A DNA stretch of 64,000 bases from Verrucomicrobiales bacterium (lineage in GTDB: Bacteria > Verrucomicrobiota > Verrucomicrobiia > Limisphaerales > CAIMTB01): assembly GCA_016795425.1 (NCBI GenBank), contig JAEUHG010000174.1, positions 68,131-132,130 of the forward strand. Direction: 5' to 3'. Of this stretch, positions 44,688 through 54,618 are shown one piece after another; positions within the stretch are counted from its first letter, which is position 1; every line of letters starts with the position of its first letter. Under the pieces are notes generated by a model. It made no database searches and had not been told where the DNA came from. It saw nothing but the letters and a program-made list of their open reading frames with translations. A program made the position numbers and the translations under genes.

Positions 44688-45392
44688 ATGAGCGACGCCT
44701 GCACACTCCAACGCTGCTTGTCCTACGTCGAAACCCAGCTCGAAAACCGCGGCAAGACGCCGCGCGCGCCCGTGGCACCCACGATCACGATCTCGCGCCT
44801 GACGGGCTCCGGCGGAATCCCCATCGCCGAAAGCCTGGCCGCCTACCTGCAGCAGCATCGTCCGAGTCAACCTGCGCCGTGGACGGTCTTTCACCGGACT
44901 CTGGTGGAGCGGGTGCTCAGCGAGCACAACCTTCCCGCCAAGATGGCCGAGTACATCCCCGAGGACCGCGTGTCCTATATCCAGGACACGATGGAAGAGT
45001 TGCTCGGGCTCCATCCTTCCTCGGCCTCCCTGGTCACGCAGGTGACTCACACCATCCTGGGACTCTCGGAGTTGGGAAACAGCATCATCATCGGCCGAGG
45101 CGCCAACATTATCCTCGCCCAATGCCCGACCGCCTTTCACGTGCGTTTTGTCAGTGCCCTCGAACGACGCATCCAACGGGTGCAGGCCGACAAAGGAATA
45201 TCTGAGGCGGAAGCCCGGGATTTCATACGCCGGGAGGATTCCGGACGGGAACGTTATGTGCGCACGAATTTCGACGCGGATATCGCGGACCCGCTGGGCT
45301 ACCACCTCGTCCTGAACACCGAATGGCTGACGGTTGAGCAGGCCGCCGAACTGATCGGACTCGCGGTGCTGCGGAAGTTTCCGTTGAACTGA
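44688..45392 (+). CDS. Cytidylate kinase-like family (P-loop NTPase-like) protein
   Basis: TITISRLTGSGGIPIAESLAAYL matches the N-terminal signature of the cytidylate-kinase-like family. ATG at 44688; the track TTG start is 44646. Confidence 0.7.
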   Translation: MSDACTLQRCLSYVETQLENRGKTPRAPVAPTITISRLTGSGGIPIAESLAAYLQQHRPSQPAPWTVFHRTLVERVLSEHNLPAKMAEYIPEDRVSYIQDTMEELLGLHPSSASLVTQVTHTILGLSELGNSIIIGRGANIILAQCPTAFHVRFVSALERRIQRVQADKGISEAEARDFIRREDSGRERYVRTNFDADIADPLGYHLVLNTEWLTVEQAAELIGLAVLRKFPLN

Positions 45393-45529
45393 CCTTGATC
45401 GAGCCCGACGGCGGTATCCCGCTTGGTCGACGGGGATCTTCAGATTTGGATTCCCATCGTTTCCCTGTGCCTTCTATCGCACTCGCCTAACAAGGGTCGC
45501 CATCCTACCGTCCACGCTCAACCCACCGC

Positions 45530-46465
45530 ATGGCTCTTCCATCCTCCTCACCGTTTCTCGTGCTCGTTCTACTGGTGGCCCTGATTCGGTCGGCCGCCGC
45601 TCAACCGAATCCGGCTCCCAACTCCCCGATCCGTCATTCCTTCCTCACCTTGGGAGGCAAGACGGCCATCATCGGCGAGGATGGTCAGGTCGAGTGGGAG
45701 TATCGGCCCGGTTCGCGCGATGGGTTTGTCCTGCCGAATGGCCATCTCCTGATTGCTTGGAACGACAAGGTCGAGGAAGTCACCCGAGAAAAGAAGGTGG
45801 TGATGAGCTACGCGCTCTCCCCGTCAAACCGGGAGATCAGCACCACGGCGCGCCTGGCCAACGGCAACACCCTGGTCACCGAACTCGGTCCCCAGCCCCG
45901 ATTGCTGGAGATCACGACTGGCGGCGCTGTGGCCCGGGAGTTTCCTTTGCTTCCGGAAACCGACAACACGCACATGCAAACCCGCATGGCGCGACAGCTG
46001 CCTTCGGGCCATTTCCTGGTTCCCCATCTGCTGGCGTTCGCCGTCAAGGAATACGATCCGCGAGGCAAGGTGGTGAAAACGATCCGCACGGATCTTCCCG
46101 AACTCGGGGGTCGCGCCTCGGAAAGCTGGCCATTCACCGCCATCCGTCTCGACAACGGCCATACCCTGGTCTCACTCACCCACGGAAATCAGGTGGTTGA
46201 ATTCGCTCGGGACGGCCGGGTTGCCTGGCGTTTCACCAATCGGGAGGCCGGAGGTCTGCTCAAAGACCCGTGCGGCGTTCAGCGCCTGGCCAACGGGAAT
46301 ACGGTGATCGGCAGTCATGGAGCCACCCAGGGAATCTCGATCGTTGAGGTCACTCCCGACCTTAAGATCGTGTGGACTTCCGATCATCCCCACGCTGCCG
46401 GGGTCCATCATCTCCAGATTCTCACCACTGATGGGCGGCCTGAACCCCAGCCGGCGCTACGATGA
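45530..46465 (+). CDS. Secreted beta-propeller-like hypothetical protein
   Basis: Signal peptide MALPSSSPFLVLVLLVALIRSAAA. There are repeated units of the type NG(H/N)(L/T)L(V/I)..., namely LPNGHLLIAW, LANGNTLVTE, LPSGHFLVPH, LDNGHTLVSL and LANGNTVIGS. These suggest a 5-6 bladed propeller. The family is not confidently recognised. Confidence 0.7.
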   Translation: MALPSSSPFLVLVLLVALIRSAAAQPNPAPNSPIRHSFLTLGGKTAIIGEDGQVEWEYRPGSRDGFVLPNGHLLIAWNDKVEEVTREKKVVMSYALSPSNREISTTARLANGNTLVTELGPQPRLLEITTGGAVAREFPLLPETDNTHMQTRMARQLPSGHFLVPHLLAFAVKEYDPRGKVVKTIRTDLPELGGRASESWPFTAIRLDNGHTLVSLTHGNQVVEFARDGRVAWRFTNREAGGLLKDPCGVQRLANGNTVIGSHGATQGISIVEVTPDLKIVWTSDHPHAAGVHHLQILTTDGRPEPQPALR

Positions 46466-46496
46466 GCCGAACGGTCCCAACACTTTGACCGAACGA

Positions 46497-48005
46497 TCAA
46501 CGCGGCAGGGGTTCGGGCAGGTTACCGAGGGCGTCCAGCATCACCGCCAAGGCCGCCACACACCGGTTGAGTTCGGCGGGATTCATCTTGTCCACCGTAT
46601 CTGCCGCGGAATGGTGGAACCAAAAATAGTCGGTCCGTTCCGTCCAAAGATCCATCGTCGGTACTCCCCGTTGCAGGAGCGGCCCAAGGTCCGCGCCGCC
46701 GGCGCCGGCCTTCAGGCCATCCGCTCCAATCGTCGCCAGGAGCGGCATGACAGCGCGCAGGCGCCGATCCGCCTCCTGGCTTCCAGTGAAGGCAAAGCCC
46801 TTGACCGGACCGATACCGGAATCCGACTCGATCGCAATGACATGACGGTCCAACTCATCTCGATGAGTCTCGGCGTACGCTTTGGCGCCCCGCAGGCCGT
46901 TCTCCTCATTCGTCCAGAGTACCAGGCGCAGGGTCCGCCGCGGTTGGCGTCCGACGGTCTTGATCAATCGCAGGGCTTCCCACGCCGCCAGACACCCGCC
47001 GGCATCATCCAGCGTTCCCTGCCCCACGTCCCACGAATCCACGTGACCTCCGACCACGACGATTTCGCCGGGACGCTCCCATCCGCGGATCTCGGCTACG
47101 ATGTTACGGGAATCCGCGTCCGGCAGAACCGTGGCAGACAACACGAGGCGCAAGACCGGCGTGATACCTCGAGCCTGGAGACGAGCCAGACGATCTGCAT
47201 CCTCGGTCGCGATGGCCGCATGCGGGATCTTCCGCACACCTTCCTCATAGTTCATCGCGCCCGTGTGCGGGGTGCGCAAGGAGAACGGAGTGGCCGACCT
47301 TACCAAACTCGCCACCGCGCCCGCCTTCGCCGCCGCGTTGGCCCCGCCGCTGCGGTAACGCACAATATCGCCATAGCTGATGAACGGCGGATTAAAGACG
47401 ACGATGCGGCCAACGGCTCGCTCCGGCCGGGCATTCAATTCGGCGTAGTTCGTGACCACCAATACGGGAGCCTCGATCCCGGCCGGTGGCGTACCCACCG
47501 TTCCACCCAGGGCCAGCAGCGGAATCTCGCCAATCGCCGGATCGCGCCCCTCGAGGCTGGCGGGACCGCGCACCCAGTGAGGCACCTTGACCGGTTCGCC
47601 GCGCACGCGGTCGAAGCCATCCGACACCAAGGTGGCCAGGATCCAATCGATCGCCGCCTCCAGGTTGGTGCTTCCGCTCAGGCGCGGACCGAACGTGTCG
47701 CACAACTCCGCGAGCCGAGCCATGGCCGTGGTTCCGTTCGTTGCCGCGGTAATCAACCGCTGGGCTATCCCGCGATCCACGTCGGAGCCTGCTGAGGCCG
47801 CCTTCAGCGAAGGAGCGAGATACTGGATGCCAACCATCAACAGGACAGGCCCGGTCCACCGCCACAGGGCGTCTCGCACCCTCCCCCGACTGCCGGCCGC
47901 ACAGACCAAGGTTGAGGAAGGGCATCCGGGTCTCATGGCCAACATGAGGGAGGCAGGTTGAGGCCCTTCGACCGGACCACGAGGGATGCTATCACGATGC
48001 TCCAT
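46497..48005 (-). CDS. M28 family metallopeptidase with a PA domain (secreted aminopeptidase-like)
   Basis: M28 zinc-ligand motifs GGHVDSWDVGQGTLDDAGG and WTNEENGLRGAKAY. A PA-domain-like insert (APVLVVTNYAEL..GRIVVFN). The exact start is uncertain (M1, M21 or M24). Confidence 0.85.
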   Translation of the reverse strand: MEHRDSIPRGPVEGPQPASLMLAMRPGCPSSTLVCAAGSRGRVRDALWRWTGPVLLMVGIQYLAPSLKAASAGSDVDRGIAQRLITAATNGTTAMARLAELCDTFGPRLSGSTNLEAAIDWILATLVSDGFDRVRGEPVKVPHWVRGPASLEGRDPAIGEIPLLALGGTVGTPPAGIEAPVLVVTNYAELNARPERAVGRIVVFNPPFISYGDIVRYRSGGANAAAKAGAVASLVRSATPFSLRTPHTGAMNYEEGVRKIPHAAIATEDADRLARLQARGITPVLRLVLSATVLPDADSRNIVAEIRGWERPGEIVVVGGHVDSWDVGQGTLDDAGGCLAAWEALRLIKTVGRQPRRTLRLVLWTNEENGLRGAKAYAETHRDELDRHVIAIESDSGIGPVKGFAFTGSQEADRRLRAVMPLLATIGADGLKAGAGGADLGPLLQRGVPTMDLWTERTDYFWFHHSAADTVDKMNPAELNRCVAALAVMLDALGNLPEPLPR

Positions 48006-48012
48006 TGTCGAC

Positions 48013-51000
48013 TCACGGGCGATCCGGCGAGACGGTTCGGCCGGCGCGGACGCGGTTCGGGAAGGGAGGCCGTTTCGAATCCGACGGAGGCGATTTCTCC
48101 AACTGTTTCAAGATCACCTCGATCGCCTTCTCGAGCTGAGGATCGCGTCCAGCGATCACCTCCTTGGGTGTCTGGTCCACCTCGATATCCGGAGGCACCC
48201 CTTCATTCTCGACCCGAAAACCTTCCTCGCTCCGGAAGGCAAGATTGGGTGCGGTGACAGACGCGCCGTCCATCAGTTCTGGAAACCCGAGAATACCCAC
48301 CAGGCCACCCCAGGTCCGCTTCCCGATCAATGTCCCCAATTGGAAACGCCGAAACATCCACGGCAACAAATCGCCTCCGGAGCCGGCCGTCTCATCGATC
48401 AACATGACCTTGGGGCCATGAATCCCGGCGATCGGTGTCTTGATGTCGGCGCCATAGCGCATGGTCCAGTGGCTGACCAGCGGCCGACGAAGCACATCAA
48501 TGTAGTAATCCGCAACGGATCCGCCGCCGTTGTGGCGTTCGTCGATGATGATCGCCTCGCGATTCGCCTGGGGAAAAAAGTAACGCTTGAAGTAGGTATG
48601 ACCCAGGTCGGCGGTGTTCGGCACGTAGACGTAGGCGACCCTGCCGCCCGTCGCCTCGGTGACCCGGCGCAGGTTGGACTCCACCCAATCCCGATTGCGA
48701 AGGTCCGCCTCGCCTTCCACTGGGACGACCCGGACCGTTCGGGAACCGGCACCGTCGGGGTTGGGGCCGACCGTGATCTCAATGGATCGGCCAGCGGTGC
48801 GCTCAAAGCGTTGGTAGAGGTTCTCCGGGGGCACGAGATTTCTCCCCTCCACCGCAAGAAGGTACTCGCCAGCCTTGACGTCTACCCCGGGCTCGGTGAG
48901 CGGCGATCGCAGGTCGGGATTCCAATTGAGACCGCCAAAGACCTTTTGGAAGCGGTAGCGACCATTGGCCACCTCATAGTCAGCACCCAGAAGCCCGCCC
49001 GGAATGGTCTCCAGGTCCACAATCTTGTCGCCCGGTGACTGATAGGAATGCCCGACCGCCAGTTCGCTGAGCATCCAGCGGATCACACGGAAGAGATCGG
49101 AGCGCACCGCCAAGTGCGGCAGAAAGGGTTCGAACTTCCTGCGTACCGCCGTCCAATCAGCGCCATGAAAGCCGGGGTCGTAAAAATAATCGCGATTGAT
49201 CCGCCATGCCTCGTGGAAAATCTGCGGCCACTCGGACGCCGGTTCGACCCGCACGCGAACCGCGTCCAATCCGAGCTTGAACTTGGACAAGTCCAGCTTG
49301 TCCCCCAAGTCCACGATGTGGAGAGCGTCCTTCACTCGAATCAGGGCTCGCTTGGTATCCGCCGACACCTCGAGGCCCGACGCCGCATCCAGCAGTTGGT
49401 CCTCCTTCCGTTTCGCGAGATCGTATCGGTAAACCGCGAAATCCGCGCCCGGGTCGGTCGAACTCGCCCGTCGGTAGTAAATCTGGTTTGCGGCACCCGG
49501 CTGCACATCGGCGTACACGCCCGACTTTACCGGCAGCGCCAGGATCCGCTCCGCCATGCCCTCGACATCGATCGTCACCACCACGGGTGCGGCATTCGTC
49601 CCCTTCCCGGCACCCTCCTCCGCCTTTCCTTTCGTCTCTGCCTCGGCGGTCTCTTTGGGCTTTTCGTCGTCGCTTTCCTTTGCGAGCGGCGACAGGACGC
49701 CCTTGGCCAGGACAGCCAGGTAGATCTGCTGCACCGACCGCAGGTCGGAGTTCGCCTGCGAGAACCAGTCGTTCACCGGCCCGGCGTCCGTCGACACCAG
49801 GAAATAGAGGTACTTCCCACCCGCGTCGAAGGCAGGAGCCACCGCGTCGGCCAGTCCGTCGCTGATGGGATACGACTTCTCATCGGCGATGGAGTAGACA
49901 AACACCTGGTTGATGTAGGTAGGAGAGTTGCGCGTATAAGCCAGCCAGCGGGAATCCGGGGACCAGGCATGATGCAGCGCGGGGGCCGGGCCATACACCA
50001 CGTCGCTGGAAACCCTCACCTGACGTCCAGTCTCAATCTCCAGGATGTAAATCGAATGGGAATTGTCGGCGAAGCTGAGCTTCTTTGAATCGGGCGACCA
50101 CTTGGGATCGCGGTAGTATCCGGCTCCCGACACCGCCATCGAGCGTGCTTCGCCCTTTCCGTCCTGAGCGAGCAACCGCAGCGCGTACTCGCCACCGGCG
50201 TCCGAGAAACAGGCGATCCAGCGTCCATCGGGTGACCAGGCGGGTGATCGCTCATGGACGCCCGGCGTCGAGGTGAGATTGCGATCGTCCCCTTTCTCCC
50301 GCGGCAGCGTGAGGATCTCGCCGCGAAACTCGATGGCCGCCCGAGCACCGGTGGGTGAAAGGCTCGATGACCTCAGCCATTTGCCGCCCTTCACCCAACG
50401 CGGCCGCAACTCCACGAGATCGGCGCCGATAGCCAACTTCAAGGACTGCACCGTCCCCTCCTCGGGTGACAGCAGATGGATGCGACCGGCTTGCTCGTAA
50501 ACGACTCGTCCTCCCCCTGCCGACGCGCGAATCACCGGATAATCCTGGTGGGAGGTCAGGCGTCGCACGGCCTTCGTTGACCGATCAAAACGATAGAGGT
50601 TGAACTCCCCGTCCCGGTCCGACCGGAAGTAGAGTTCGCCACCCAGCCACATGGGATCGGTGTCGTTGCATTGGCCCTCCGGTTGCGGCACCACCTCGAC
50701 ATTCTGTGTGGCCCGGTCAAAGAGGTGAATGCGAGCGTAAGTTCCACCGCGGTAATGCTTCCACTGGTGAAACTCCTCGCGGTACGGCAAGTAGGCGATC
50801 GTCTGTCCATCCGGAGAGATGGCCGCCTTGCTGGCATTGGGGATGGGCAACCGGGCGGGAAATCCGCCATCGACCGATACCGTGAACAGCTGTTGATAAC
50901 GCCGCGTGTAGACCTGTCGCGGCGACGTGAACAAGACCTCCTTGCCGTCCGGAGTAAATCCCTGCGCCACGTCCTCACCCGGATGCCACGTGATCCGTCG

Positions 51001-51327
51001 CGGAACACCGCCCTCCGTTGGCACGACGTAGACGTCGGTATTCCCTTCGTAACGTCCGGTGAAACATACCCAACGACCGTCGGGCGAGAAGCGGGGCATG
51101 GACTCGACGCCGGGATGACTGGTGAGTCGGCGCACCTGGGTGCCGTCACGGTTGGCGATCCAAAGATCCTCGGCGTACTCAAAAGCCAGCCGTTCAGCGC
51201 TCACCGCCGGATCCGATGCCAGAAGGGTGTCCGTGGGATCAACCGCCGGCAGAGAAATGGTTGATGCCAGAACACCGGCGACGAAGGCGAGGGTCCGGCT
51301 CCGGAAGAGACGAGAAGTGATTTGCAT
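48013..51327 (-). CDS. Tricorn protease homologue (beta-propellers + PDZ + S41 peptidase)
   Basis: Signal peptide MQITSRLFRSRTLAFVAGVLASTISLPA at the ATG at 51327. Tricorn N-terminus LAFEYAEDLWIANRDGTQVRRLTSHPGVESMPRFSPDGRWVCFTGRYEGNTDVYVV. TolB-like repeats. The C-terminal S41 region reads IIDERHNGGGSVADY..MLIDETAGSGGD. Confidence 0.9.
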   Translation of the reverse strand: MQITSRLFRSRTLAFVAGVLASTISLPAVDPTDTLLASDPAVSAERLAFEYAEDLWIANRDGTQVRRLTSHPGVESMPRFSPDGRWVCFTGRYEGNTDVYVVPTEGGVPRRITWHPGEDVAQGFTPDGKEVLFTSPRQVYTRRYQQLFTVSVDGGFPARLPIPNASKAAISPDGQTIAYLPYREEFHQWKHYRGGTYARIHLFDRATQNVEVVPQPEGQCNDTDPMWLGGELYFRSDRDGEFNLYRFDRSTKAVRRLTSHQDYPVIRASAGGGRVVYEQAGRIHLLSPEEGTVQSLKLAIGADLVELRPRWVKGGKWLRSSSLSPTGARAAIEFRGEILTLPREKGDDRNLTSTPGVHERSPAWSPDGRWIACFSDAGGEYALRLLAQDGKGEARSMAVSGAGYYRDPKWSPDSKKLSFADNSHSIYILEIETGRQVRVSSDVVYGPAPALHHAWSPDSRWLAYTRNSPTYINQVFVYSIADEKSYPISDGLADAVAPAFDAGGKYLYFLVSTDAGPVNDWFSQANSDLRSVQQIYLAVLAKGVLSPLAKESDDEKPKETAEAETKGKAEEGAGKGTNAAPVVVTIDVEGMAERILALPVKSGVYADVQPGAANQIYYRRASSTDPGADFAVYRYDLAKRKEDQLLDAASGLEVSADTKRALIRVKDALHIVDLGDKLDLSKFKLGLDAVRVRVEPASEWPQIFHEAWRINRDYFYDPGFHGADWTAVRRKFEPFLPHLAVRSDLFRVIRWMLSELAVGHSYQSPGDKIVDLETIPGGLLGADYEVANGRYRFQKVFGGLNWNPDLRSPLTEPGVDVKAGEYLLAVEGRNLVPPENLYQRFERTAGRSIEITVGPNPDGAGSRTVRVVPVEGEADLRNRDWVESNLRRVTEATGGRVAYVYVPNTADLGHTYFKRYFFPQANREAIIIDERHNGGGSVADYYIDVLRRPLVSHWTMRYGADIKTPIAGIHGPKVMLIDETAGSGGDLLPWMFRRFQLGTLIGKRTWGGLVGILGFPELMDGASVTAPNLAFRSEEGFRVENEGVPPDIEVDQTPKEVIAGRDPQLEKAIEVILKQLEKSPPSDSKRPPFPNRVRAGRTVSPDRP

Positions 51328-51438
51328 GGAAACGGGCGGCGCCAAATTGCTCCCAAGCCCGTCCCCACTCAAGCCCGCGAACCTGGGGCCGACTTCGACT
51401 CGGCGGCACGACCGATGGCGTCGAGCCGGCGAGACATT

Positions 51439-51858
51439 CTACGGAGCACCGGGACTGCGCGTTGCCGCGTCGACGGTTCGGATTTTTGCCGTTTTGGCAG
51501 CGTCCATGACTCGGACGATTTGTCCCCACGGCGCGCCTTCGTCGGCCTGAATGGCGAGCGACAGATTGGAATTCGCGGCCGCCAATCGGGCGAGTTCCTG
51601 TTCCAGGCGCTCGAAAGTCACGGGTCGCGTTCCGAGGAAGAGATGGGGTTCGGTCTTGGCGATAGTGACCACGAGGCGGTCCGGAGAGGCGCCGCGTTTT
51701 TCGCCCTGTTTCGATTGGGGCAGTGCCAGGCGAACGGCGGGCGTTTGACGGAACGTGGTCGAGACCATGAGGAAGATGAGCACGACGAGCAGCACGTCGA
51801 TCAGCGACACGATGATGACCGAGGGCGCCGGCCGGCGTCTGCCTTGGGTGAATCGCAT
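51439..51858 (-). CDS. exbD: Biopolymer transport protein ExbD/TolR
   Basis: 139 aa. Motif SLIDVLLVVLIFLMV, then a periplasmic domain (LVVTIAK..HLFLG..PVTFERLEQEL). Confidence 0.88.
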   Translation of the reverse strand: MRFTQGRRRPAPSVIIVSLIDVLLVVLIFLMVSTTFRQTPAVRLALPQSKQGEKRGASPDRLVVTIAKTEPHLFLGTRPVTFERLEQELARLAAANSNLSLAIQADEGAPWGQIVRVMDAAKTAKIRTVDAATRSPGAP

Positions 51859-51897
51859 GGCGAGGTCGAGAGTCGTGATCCAGACGCAACGCGGGCA

Positions 51898-52563
51898 CTA
51901 ACGAATCGAGTGCGAGGCCTGGGGGCCGATGCCAGCCGACGGCGCCGCTCCCGCGCCTGTCGATTTCGGGTAGAGGTGTTCGAGGAGTTCGCTGCAAGCC
52001 GCCTCCATCTCGATGGCCAGGGTTTCGACTTTGCGGCTGAAATAGCTCCAGGCCACCAGCGATGGGATGGCCACGAGCAGGCCCATGAGGGTGGCGTTCA
52101 AGGCGATGGCGATGCCACGGGCAAAAACCGAACTCTCGCCCAGCCCCATTTTGCTGAGATCGCCAAACAGCGTGATCAACCCATGGATCGTCCCCACCAA
52201 GCCCAGCAGGGGGGCGATGCCAACGATGATCTCCAAAACCACGATCCCACGTTCCAAACGCGAGACCTCGCGGCGCGCCCGGGTTTCGATGGCATCACGG
52301 TTTTCTTCCCGAGGCCTGCCCGCGGATTCCAATCCCAGCCGCAGCAGGCGCCCGAGTGGTGAATCAAACTGAAGGGTCGCCCGTTCGAAGCCATGCACCG
52401 GACCGCCTTGGGTGAATCGCTGCAGTTCGTCGATCAGGCGTGGCGGGATGATACGGGACCAGCGCAGGGCCAAGCCGCGTTCCACCATCATGGCCAGGGC
52501 CACCACGGAGGTCGCCACGAGCAGCCAGATGAACAGGTCACCCTCACGAAGCAATTGCAGCAT
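51898..52563 (-). CDS. exbB: MotA/TolQ/ExbB proton channel protein
   Basis: Contains GIAPLLGLVGTIHGLI and ALNATLMGLLVAIP, typical of ExbB/TolQ. The ATG at 52561-52563 gives MLQLLREGDLFIWLL; the track start is 52674. Confidence 0.88.
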   Translation of the reverse strand: MLQLLREGDLFIWLLVATSVVALAMMVERGLALRWSRIIPPRLIDELQRFTQGGPVHGFERATLQFDSPLGRLLRLGLESAGRPREENRDAIETRARREVSRLERGIVVLEIIVGIAPLLGLVGTIHGLITLFGDLSKMGLGESSVFARGIAIALNATLMGLLVAIPSLVAWSYFSRKVETLAIEMEAACSELLEHLYPKSTGAGAAPSAGIGPQASHSIR

Positions 52564-52772
52564 AAACGGCGGCCCACGTCTTAGCGGTTGCCCACCCCGG
52601 GAGCAAAAAGATTCCAGACCAATCCCGCTTCCCCCTTGCCTTTGAAGCCGGTGCGACCATGCTCCGACCGTCACCGAATCCCCATGAACCGCTCGACATC
52701 GTATCCCGTTCGTCGCAGCGAGACGAGGGCCACTTCACTGGGCCCGATTTCCACCCTCAAACCCACCTTGCC

Positions 52773-53354
52773 ATGTCGCTGCACGCGCTGCTGGAGGAGT
52801 TCCCCCAGACCATCCGCCTGAAAGGGGGATCCGCATACGAGGCACGCCCCCTCGAAGCCGCTGACGAGGCGGCCTTCCACCAATTCTTCCTCGCCGTCCC
52901 CGAGCAGGAGCGGATGTTCATCAAACACCGGGTCACCGACCGTGAGGTGATTCGCGACTGGTGTGCCAACATTGATCTTGGCCGAAATCTTCCCCTGCTC
53001 GCCTTCGCCGGCGAACAGATCGTCGCCGCCGCCACTCTCCATCAGCAGCTCGGTGGCTGGAAACGCCACATTGGGCGAGTCAGCGTGCTGGTCCATCCCG
53101 ACCACCGTGGGCGCGGCCTCGCCGGCGCATTGGTCGACCAATCCCTGCAGCTCGCGCGAGGCGTTGGACTCAAGCGAGTCGAAGCCGAATTCATCGGCGA
53201 ACAATCCCGGGCGATGCACGTTTTCTCACTGCTGGGCTTCGAGACCCTTCTGCGCCTGGAAGACTATGTGGAGGACATGCAGGGCCACGCCCACGACTAC
53301 ATTCTCATGGGGCTCGACCTGCGAACCGACGAAGAGTTTGCCGGCATGGGCTAG
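52773..53354 (+). CDS. GNAT family N-acetyltransferase
   Basis: Acetyl-CoA binding motif VLVHPDHRGRGLAGALVDQSLQLAR. ATG at 52773; the track start is 52659. Confidence 0.75.
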   Translation: MSLHALLEEFPQTIRLKGGSAYEARPLEAADEAAFHQFFLAVPEQERMFIKHRVTDREVIRDWCANIDLGRNLPLLAFAGEQIVAAATLHQQLGGWKRHIGRVSVLVHPDHRGRGLAGALVDQSLQLARGVGLKRVEAEFIGEQSRAMHVFSLLGFETLLRLEDYVEDMQGHAHDYILMGLDLRTDEEFAGMG

Positions 53355-53397
53355 CAGCCGGCCGGAACGGCCTGTGGTGCGCCAGGCCCGGGCCGCG

Positions 53398-54531
53398 TCA
53401 GTTGTAGAAAAAGGTGAACTTCACTTCCCGCGAATTGCTGCCGATGAGGCGCAGCATCTCGCTGGGCCACTTCTCGTAGGGCGAAGGATCCCGCACCGCC
53501 CGCACACAAAGCGAGGTCATCAGGGCATCGACGGATGATTCGGTGGGTTCCACGATGCGGACCGAGCCGTCGGAGTGGAGTTTGAATTTCACCACGACCT
53601 TGCCGGTCACTCCGCCCGCAAACCGCCGTTCATCCAGCAGCGTGAACCATCGATTCTGCACCGCCATGATCAGTGCCTCGTCGTAGGCCCCGAAACCGGT
53701 GCCTTTGACGTCCAGAGCCATCTTGCCTTTGCGAGCGATCCCGCCGTCCTGCTTCATCTTCTCGCCCGCCAACAAATCCTGACGCAGACGAGCCTCGGTC
53801 ACGGTTCGTGGTCGAGCTCGCGGCGGCGGCGTGGTGACCGAAGGGTCGGTGGTCGGCCGGTTCAGCGCGGGGGGCTGGTTCGGCTGCGTTGGGCGCGCCT
53901 CGGGCGGCGCGGTGGGCGCCTTGATTTCCGGGCGCGCCATGGCCAGATCACCGACACCAGGAGTGCGCGCAGGTTCCGGTGGTTTGTCGACCACCTGCGG
54001 TTCGACGGCTTTGGCCACGGTCTCGGGCTGAGGCGGAGCGACTTTGACCGGTTCGGGACGGCTTTCACGTGCCTGAACCGGTTCCGGGGGGGGCGTCGAC
54101 GCCGATCTTGCCGTGAGGGCGCGAGGGGCGCTCTCGACTCGCGGACTTTGCGTCTGGGTGCCGTCGATCTTGGGTTTATCACCCGCCGCCGGTTCGGGAT
54201 TGGCGGCGCGACTGGACTGGGACGAGTAAAACGGTGTGTTTTCCGGAGTTTCTTCCGACGGTTCACCGACCTGAACGAAGATCGTCGGGGCTTGTTCTTG
54301 CAGCTTTTGCGCCTGTTGACGCGCCAGTTCCTCCGCTTTGAGCAACTCCTCGGGAGTGATCCGGACTTTGCGGAACATGGAGAAAGGCTTGGCTTCCCAC
54401 CATTGGAGTTGGTTGCCGATCTGAAGGACGGCGAAGAGGCTGGTGTGAAAGAGGATGGAAATAAGCAGCGCACCGGCGAGCCGCGGCATCAGCGGATCGT
54501 CGTCAAAGGGGCGGTAGGAACCTGCCGGCAT
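53398..54531 (-). CDS. TonB-like energy transducer (N-terminal TM, Pro-rich spacer, TonB_C-like domain)
   Basis: TM segment LAGALLISILFHTSLFAVL. A long Pro/Glu/Lys/Ala-rich spacer (PPPEPVQARESRPEPVKVAPPQPE...). The C-terminal domain reads GKVVVKFKLHSDGSV. Confidence 0.75.
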   Translation of the reverse strand: MPAGSYRPFDDDPLMPRLAGALLISILFHTSLFAVLQIGNQLQWWEAKPFSMFRKVRITPEELLKAEELARQQAQKLQEQAPTIFVQVGEPSEETPENTPFYSSQSSRAANPEPAAGDKPKIDGTQTQSPRVESAPRALTARSASTPPPEPVQARESRPEPVKVAPPQPETVAKAVEPQVVDKPPEPARTPGVGDLAMARPEIKAPTAPPEARPTQPNQPPALNRPTTDPSVTTPPPRARPRTVTEARLRQDLLAGEKMKQDGGIARKGKMALDVKGTGFGAYDEALIMAVQNRWFTLLDERRFAGGVTGKVVVKFKLHSDGSVRIVEPTESSVDALMTSLCVRAVRDPSPYEKWPSEMLRLIGSNSREVKFTFFYN

Positions 54532-54618
54532 CCGGTAGGAGACTGCGCGAACAGGCGCCGGACGGCAACCGCGGCTTCGGGAGGCTGAGGTGAGCCGCGC
54601 CTGCGCCCTGGCGCCTGT

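Noticed and set aside
46317-50088. Plus-strand ORFs 46317..47795, 47986..49038 and 49048..50088
   Set aside because: They are antisense to the M28 peptidase and tricorn protease genes, which carry clear catalytic and structural motifs.
53850-54250. Pro/Ala/Glu-rich repetitive DNA considered as a tandem repeat or low-complexity non-coding element
   Set aside because: It is the proline-rich periplasmic spacer of the TonB-like protein, which is expected for this family.
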